Assembly (NCBI GenBank): GCA_049580385.1
Contig: JBAUPV010000006.1
Location: 64,529 to 128,528, forward strand
Source: Desulfobaccales bacterium
GTDB taxonomy: Bacteria; Desulfobacterota; Desulfobaccia; Desulfobaccales; 0-14-0-80-60-11
Direction: 5' to 3'
Length of the DNA stretch: 64,000 nt
Of the stretch, positions 61,448 through 64,000 are shown in pieces (the first letter of the stretch is position 1; the number at the start of each line of letters is the position of its first letter). The position numbers and the translations under genes are program-made. Below the pieces are notes generated by a model, which was not told the origin of the DNA, ran no database searches, and saw nothing but the letters and a program-made list of their open reading frames with translations.

Positions 61448-63189
61448 GCGACCGTATTATAAGGATCCCAGGTGAAGGCCAAAATCCCGGCCAGGATCAT
61501 GTTGCCCTCCACCAGGGACTCCAGCATCAGGCCGGCCTCCATGAGGCCGCAACGGTAAAGGGTGAGATAGCCCAGGGCGTAAAGGCCCGAGAGACTGAGG
61601 AGGTAACCCAGGGAGGGAATGATCCCGGCCCCGGCGGCCAGCAGCAGCATGGCCACAAAGGCCAGGCAGCAGCCGGACAACAGGTTCAGAGTGCGCTCCC
61701 GGCCCAGGGCGATGGCCAGGGTCTCTTTGCCCACCACCCGGTCGCCTTCCATGGCCATGATTTCGAAGAGGCCGGAGCGGATGAAGATCATCCCCGCCAC
61801 GTAAAAGAAGGCGATGGCGGTGGCCCCGGAGGCCATCGGTTTGGTGCCGGAGCAGACCACCGGAATCAGGGCCGCCAGGACTCCCCAGGCCACCGCGGTG
61901 AACACCGCCCTGGAGCCGGGAATCTCCTTGAGGGTGGTGATCAGGGTGACCCGGGCCAGCGAGTCCGGGATGATCTTGAAATTGTAAAGGAGGCCGATGC
62001 CGCTCATGACGACGATGAAGACAAAGGGCAGCCAGCCCAGATAAGCGCCCAGGGCCAGGGCCAGGCCGGCGGAGATGGCCCCGGTGGTCACGAGAAAAGT
62101 CCGGTGGCGCCCGTAAAACATAGTCTGCACCGGATCGTTGAGCTTGGAGGCCTTGTCGGTGAAGTGGTGCAGCAGGTGCATGGCATAAACATAGAAAAAG
62201 GCCACGAAGAAATATTTGAACTGGGGTTCCACCTGCTGCAGCAGCGATGACACGTAGCTGAGGCAGCCGGCGCCGATAGCCACGTAGAGGTTGGACTTGA
62301 GGCAGAAGCGCCAGGCCCGGAAGAGGTAGTTGGTCCAGGAGCCGGCGCGGAAAGCCCAGGCGTGCTTCAGGGTGCTGACCACATTGCCGATGAGCCAGTG
62401 GGGGGTGGAGGCCCCGGCGGTCACCCCCACCGTATGGTAGCGGCTCATCTCCTTCAGGTCCAGTTCCTGCTCGGTCTCCACGTGGTAGGTGGGGATGCCG
62501 GTGGCCCGGGAGATCTCCACCAGGCGCTGGGTATTGCCGCTGTTGCGCCCCCCCACCACCACCAGGGCCTCGGCGCGGCTGGCCAATTCCTGAACCTCCG
62601 CCTGGCGGAAGGCGGTGGCGTCGCAGATGGTGTTGAAGATGCGGGCCTCGGGGAAGCGGGCCTGGATTTCCCCCACCCGCTCCTCGAAAAAGGCCTCGCT
62701 CTGGGTAGTCTGGGCAACCACGATGGGGGCGCCCAACTCCGGCAAGGCGGCCACCTCCCCGCGGCTTGCCACCACGTGGCCCAGGCCTCCGGTGTAGCCC
62801 AGCAGGCCCTCTACCTCCGGGTGGTCGGCGTCGCCGACGATGATGGTGGCGTGGCCCTTGGCGGCCCAGCGCTGGATAATGGCCTGGACCTTGGCCACCC
62901 GGGGGCAGGTGGCGTCAATGATGCGGGAGGCGCCGCTCTCCAACTGCCCCCGCTCCCGGGGGGGGATGCCGTGGGCCCGGATCACCACCAGCCCATCCGG
63001 GACCGGTTCGCCGGGCTTGAGCACCGTGATCCCCCGCTCCCGCAGCAGCTCCAGCACCTGGGGATTGTGGATCAGGGGACCATAGGTGTAGATCTGGGTC
63101 GGGGTTTCGTTGATGGCCTTGAGCACCATCTCCAGGGCCCGCTTGACGCCGATGCAAAAGCCGGCGGTGCGGGCCAGCACCACTTTCAT
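61420..63189 (-). CDS. ispH: 4-hydroxy-3-methylbut-2-enyl diphosphate reductase (IspH/LytB) fused to a C-terminal UbiA-like polytopic membrane domain
   Basis: The N-terminal 280 aa or so read MKVVLARTAGFCIGVKRAL...IHNP...ATCP..KVQ...ICDAT...SGNT. The C-terminal 300 aa or so have about 8 TM helices and a UbiA-type second Asp motif, AMEGDRVVGKETLAIALG. Confidence 0.8.
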   Translation of the reverse strand: MKVVLARTAGFCIGVKRALEMVLKAINETPTQIYTYGPLIHNPQVLELLRERGITVLKPGEPVPDGLVVIRAHGIPPRERGQLESGASRIIDATCPRVAKVQAIIQRWAAKGHATIIVGDADHPEVEGLLGYTGGLGHVVASRGEVAALPELGAPIVVAQTTQSEAFFEERVGEIQARFPEARIFNTICDATAFRQAEVQELASRAEALVVVGGRNSGNTQRLVEISRATGIPTYHVETEQELDLKEMSRYHTVGVTAGASTPHWLIGNVVSTLKHAWAFRAGSWTNYLFRAWRFCLKSNLYVAIGAGCLSYVSSLLQQVEPQFKYFFVAFFYVYAMHLLHHFTDKASKLNDPVQTMFYGRHRTFLVTTGAISAGLALALGAYLGWLPFVFIVVMSGIGLLYNFKIIPDSLARVTLITTLKEIPGSRAVFTAVAWGVLAALIPVVCSGTKPMASGATAIAFFYVAGMIFIRSGLFEIMAMEGDRVVGKETLAIALGRERTLNLLSGCCLAFVAMLLLAAGAGIIPSLGYLLSLSGLYALGYLTLYRCGLMEAGLMLESLVEGNMILAGILAFTWDPYNTVASFWFSLFQ

Positions 63190-63203
63190 CTAGCTAACCT
63201 TTC

Positions 63204-64000
63204 TCAGGAATGAGGGCCTCGATCCGCTGTGGATGTCAGAATTACCTCTGAGCCTCGCTTCTTTGGCGGCATCCCCGCCAGGGGCTGGCCCGGGGCCTCT
63301 CCCGCCAGGAGACGCTCCTTCAAGACCTCCTCCATGCGGCTGGCCACGATTTCCCGGCCCGGGCCTATAAGGTGGATGCCATCCGGCTGATAAAGAGGCT
63401 TGTCCCGGTTGCACAGAATATTTCGAAAATCGATAAAATAAGGCTTGCCCTGCAGCCGGGCCTCAAGGGCCTGATAGCACACCATAAAATTATCGCGCAA
63501 GGCCAACTTTTTTTCCAGGACCACGTCTTCGTGGGCCCGGACACTGGGGGCCACCGGCTTGGTTTCCGCCCACCAACAGGGCTGATAGATCAGCACGAAT
63601 TTGGCGCCGAAGGCGGCGGCCACCTTGTCGAGGTAATCGTACCGCTGGGCGCAACTGTCCGCAAATTGCGCCAGCTTCGGGGACCCGGGGTGGATGGCAA
63701 AGACGCCCTGCCTCATTTTGTCATAAATTTCATGGGTGAAGGAGGACCACATGGCCGCATTCAGGGGCTTCAGCAACCCGAAAAGGCTGCGGTGGTAGTC
63801 CTCGATCATGCCCCGCACCCGCTCGTAGCCCTGGTGGCCGTAAGGGGTGCGGTCCTGGGCGAAATACGCCGAGTCGTTGCCGCCGTCGTAAAAGACGATC
63901 AGGTTCGGGCGGGGACGGTTTTCGATGAGGAGCTTCTGCAGGTACTTGGTCTCCATCAGCGAATTGAAACCGTCTTGCCCAAAGTTATCCAGGGTGGCGG
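63204..64000 (-). CDS. SGNH/GDSL-like hydrolase-fold protein (5' end probably beyond the window)
   Basis: LIVFYDGGNDSAYF is a GxND block. The frame stays open upstream of the M at 63956 to the window edge (...ATLDNFGQDGFNSLMETKY). Confidence 0.4.
   Translation of the reverse strand, partial: ATLDNFGQDGFNSLMETKYLQKLLIENRPRPNLIVFYDGGNDSAYFAQDRTPYGHQGYERVRGMIEDYHRSLFGLLKPLNAAMWSSFTHEIYDKMRQGVFAIHPGSPKLAQFADSCAQRYDYLDKVAAAFGAKFVLIYQPCWWAETKPVAPSVRAHEDVVLEKKLALRDNFMVCYQALEARLQGKPYFIDFRNILCNRDKPLYQPDGIHLIGPGREIVASRMEEVLKERLLAGEAPGQPLAGMPPKKRGSEVILTSTADRGPHS

Noticed and set aside
60980-61462. Small ORFs 60980..61231, 61002..61223 and 61247..61462 between the porin and ispH genes
   Set aside because: Their translations are just readings of the heptamer arrays and hairpin repeats (for example ...DFTENRKPETENG...). 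There is no SD and both strands are 'coding'. The same applies to 17950..18215 and 47478..47690.
1-64000. Prophage, integrase, transposase, toxin-antitoxin, tRNA or rRNA genes
   Set aside because: I read through all ORFs of 60 aa or more and the larger intergenic regions. No recombinase or phage-like proteins, cloverleaf-like tRNA sequences or rRNA-like segments were recognised.

Overview
This 64-kb chromosomal segment comes from a GC-rich Gram-negative anaerobe. Sampled 60-nt lines in core genes run about 60-65% GC. I infer a Thermodesulfobacteriota (deltaproteobacterium-like) origin from five things: desulfoferrodoxin plus rubredoxin, a class I FbaB aldolase, citramalate synthase, lipid A and porin genes, and a UGA-selenoprotein candidate. 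Most of the window is housekeeping: rpsF-rpsR-DUF2232-rplI-dnaB, ribE-ribBA-ribH-nusB, fbaB, lpxB, ilvE, efp, kdsD, folD, hisI, lysC, cimA, tsaD, trxB, pncB, aroK-aroC-tyrA, serS and ispH. I saw no rRNA, tRNA, CRISPR array, transposase or integrase.

The stand-out is a lower-GC islet at about 5.9-9.9 kb. It carries a radical SAM/SPASM enzyme (6019-7386) followed directly by three tandem paralogous ORFs of about 100 aa (7355, 7668, 8084). The centre of each ORF is a strict hexad repeat of vicinal cysteines, (GCCxxx)3-4, flanked by conserved N- and C-terminal segments. A decayed fragment of a fourth copy lies between ORFs 2 and 3. I read this as a candidate uncharacterised RiPP or modified-small-protein system.

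Other points worth a second look:
- A thioredoxin-fold gene has an in-frame TGA exactly where the first Cys of CxxC belongs (a UxxC selenoprotein candidate).
- At least six unrelated families of tandem repeats all share a 7-nt period. They sit in intergenic regions, often as inverted pairs, and some donate stop codons to genes.
- Mosaic clusters of GC-rich hairpin repeats resemble E. coli BIME elements.
- IspH is fused to a UbiA-like membrane domain.
- A low-GC four-helix-bundle gene is bracketed by direct heptamer arrays.
- The 5' leader of a 3D-domain gene contains a terminator-like hairpin.

All calls rest on reading the translations and the sequence. No database search was run.
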